From Octopus sinensis (taxonomy: Eukaryota): 38,773 nt of DNA. The translations under genes and the position numbers were made by a program. Where the stretch lies: assembly GCF_006345805.1 (NCBI RefSeq), contig NW_021835788.1:1-38773 (forward strand), in the 5' to 3' direction. This document shows positions 38,325-38,773 of the stretch, one piece after another (positions within the stretch are counted from its first letter, which is position 1; the number at the start of each line of letters is the position of its first letter). The notes under the pieces are model-generated. The model saw nothing but the letters and a program-made list of their open reading frames with translations, was not told the DNA's origin and did no database searches.

Positions 38325-38773
38325 CAGAACTTTGTGGAGATGGAATCAAAATGGTTGACGGTGGTGTGGAGTTGGTGACCTTAAGGTCAGTTATGAACGT
38401 GATGTTGGGTCAAGTGTTGCGATGAAGTGTCGCTTAGGTAAGAACGGGAGCTTTTAATGCTGCCGAAGTATGTATTGCAGGAACAACGTAGCTTCTCATA
38501 TTGATGTTACGGATGTTTTTGTCTCTGTTGAAAGAGAGTTGCATTACGAAATACAGGAAAGCTTTGAGGGTGAGAGGAGAGAAAGTAAAAGGTGTGTAGG
38601 ATATTGTGTAGAAGGGTCAAGGAAACCCACCGTAAGCTGTTAGAAAAGGGGACTCCGTTTAAGGGTTTGTGTGCAGATGATCTGCCTCTCGTAGTCTCGA
38701 TGGCGAGCAGCGTTAACCAATGAAACTGAGTAACCATCTGTGATGAAGAAGGAACAATTTAATTGAAGATAGA
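38325..38773 (-). mobile_element. Degenerate Penelope-like retroelement fragment (RT thumb to GIY-YIG linker); runs off the window edge
   Basis: Frame-hopping GYSVSLVNAARHR, LSFNRDKNIRN (38506-38526) and NHFDSIS (38336-38356) occur in the order of the PLE motifs RGYP.S.V..A.HR, SFKRDKNIRN and HFDCIS. Confidence 0.65.

Noticed and set aside
38670-38684. Plus-strand CADDL as an RT YADD motif
   Set aside because: No flanking RT motifs at the right spacing, while the minus strand gives three ordered Penelope motifs.

Overview
Repeat-dense animal genomic DNA, most likely octopod cephalopod (inferred from the tRNA-headed SINE families and the microsatellite load). Roughly half of the window is di-, tri- and tetranucleotide microsatellite, and nearly all ORFs in the supplied track are translations of those repeats. 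The one recognisable gene piece is the first coding exon of an F-spondin (SPON1-like) gene on the minus strand (1310-1109; the rest lies left of the window). It reads through only if six single bases are restored in short runs. Weaker minus-strand exon and promoter candidates lie at about 8.2-8.4, 26.0-26.3, 28.8-29.2 and 33.8-34.0 kb. Mobile DNA includes many SINEs, mariner and Tc1 relics, a mariner MITE, two tandem Helentron-type non-autonomous elements and a Penelope-like (PLE) fragment at the right edge. The most notable pattern is four unrelated short-element families (8 copies), each carrying a minimal type I hammerhead-ribozyme-like motif, three of them as tail-outward palindromes. All assignments come from manual reading and recalled family motifs; no searches were run.
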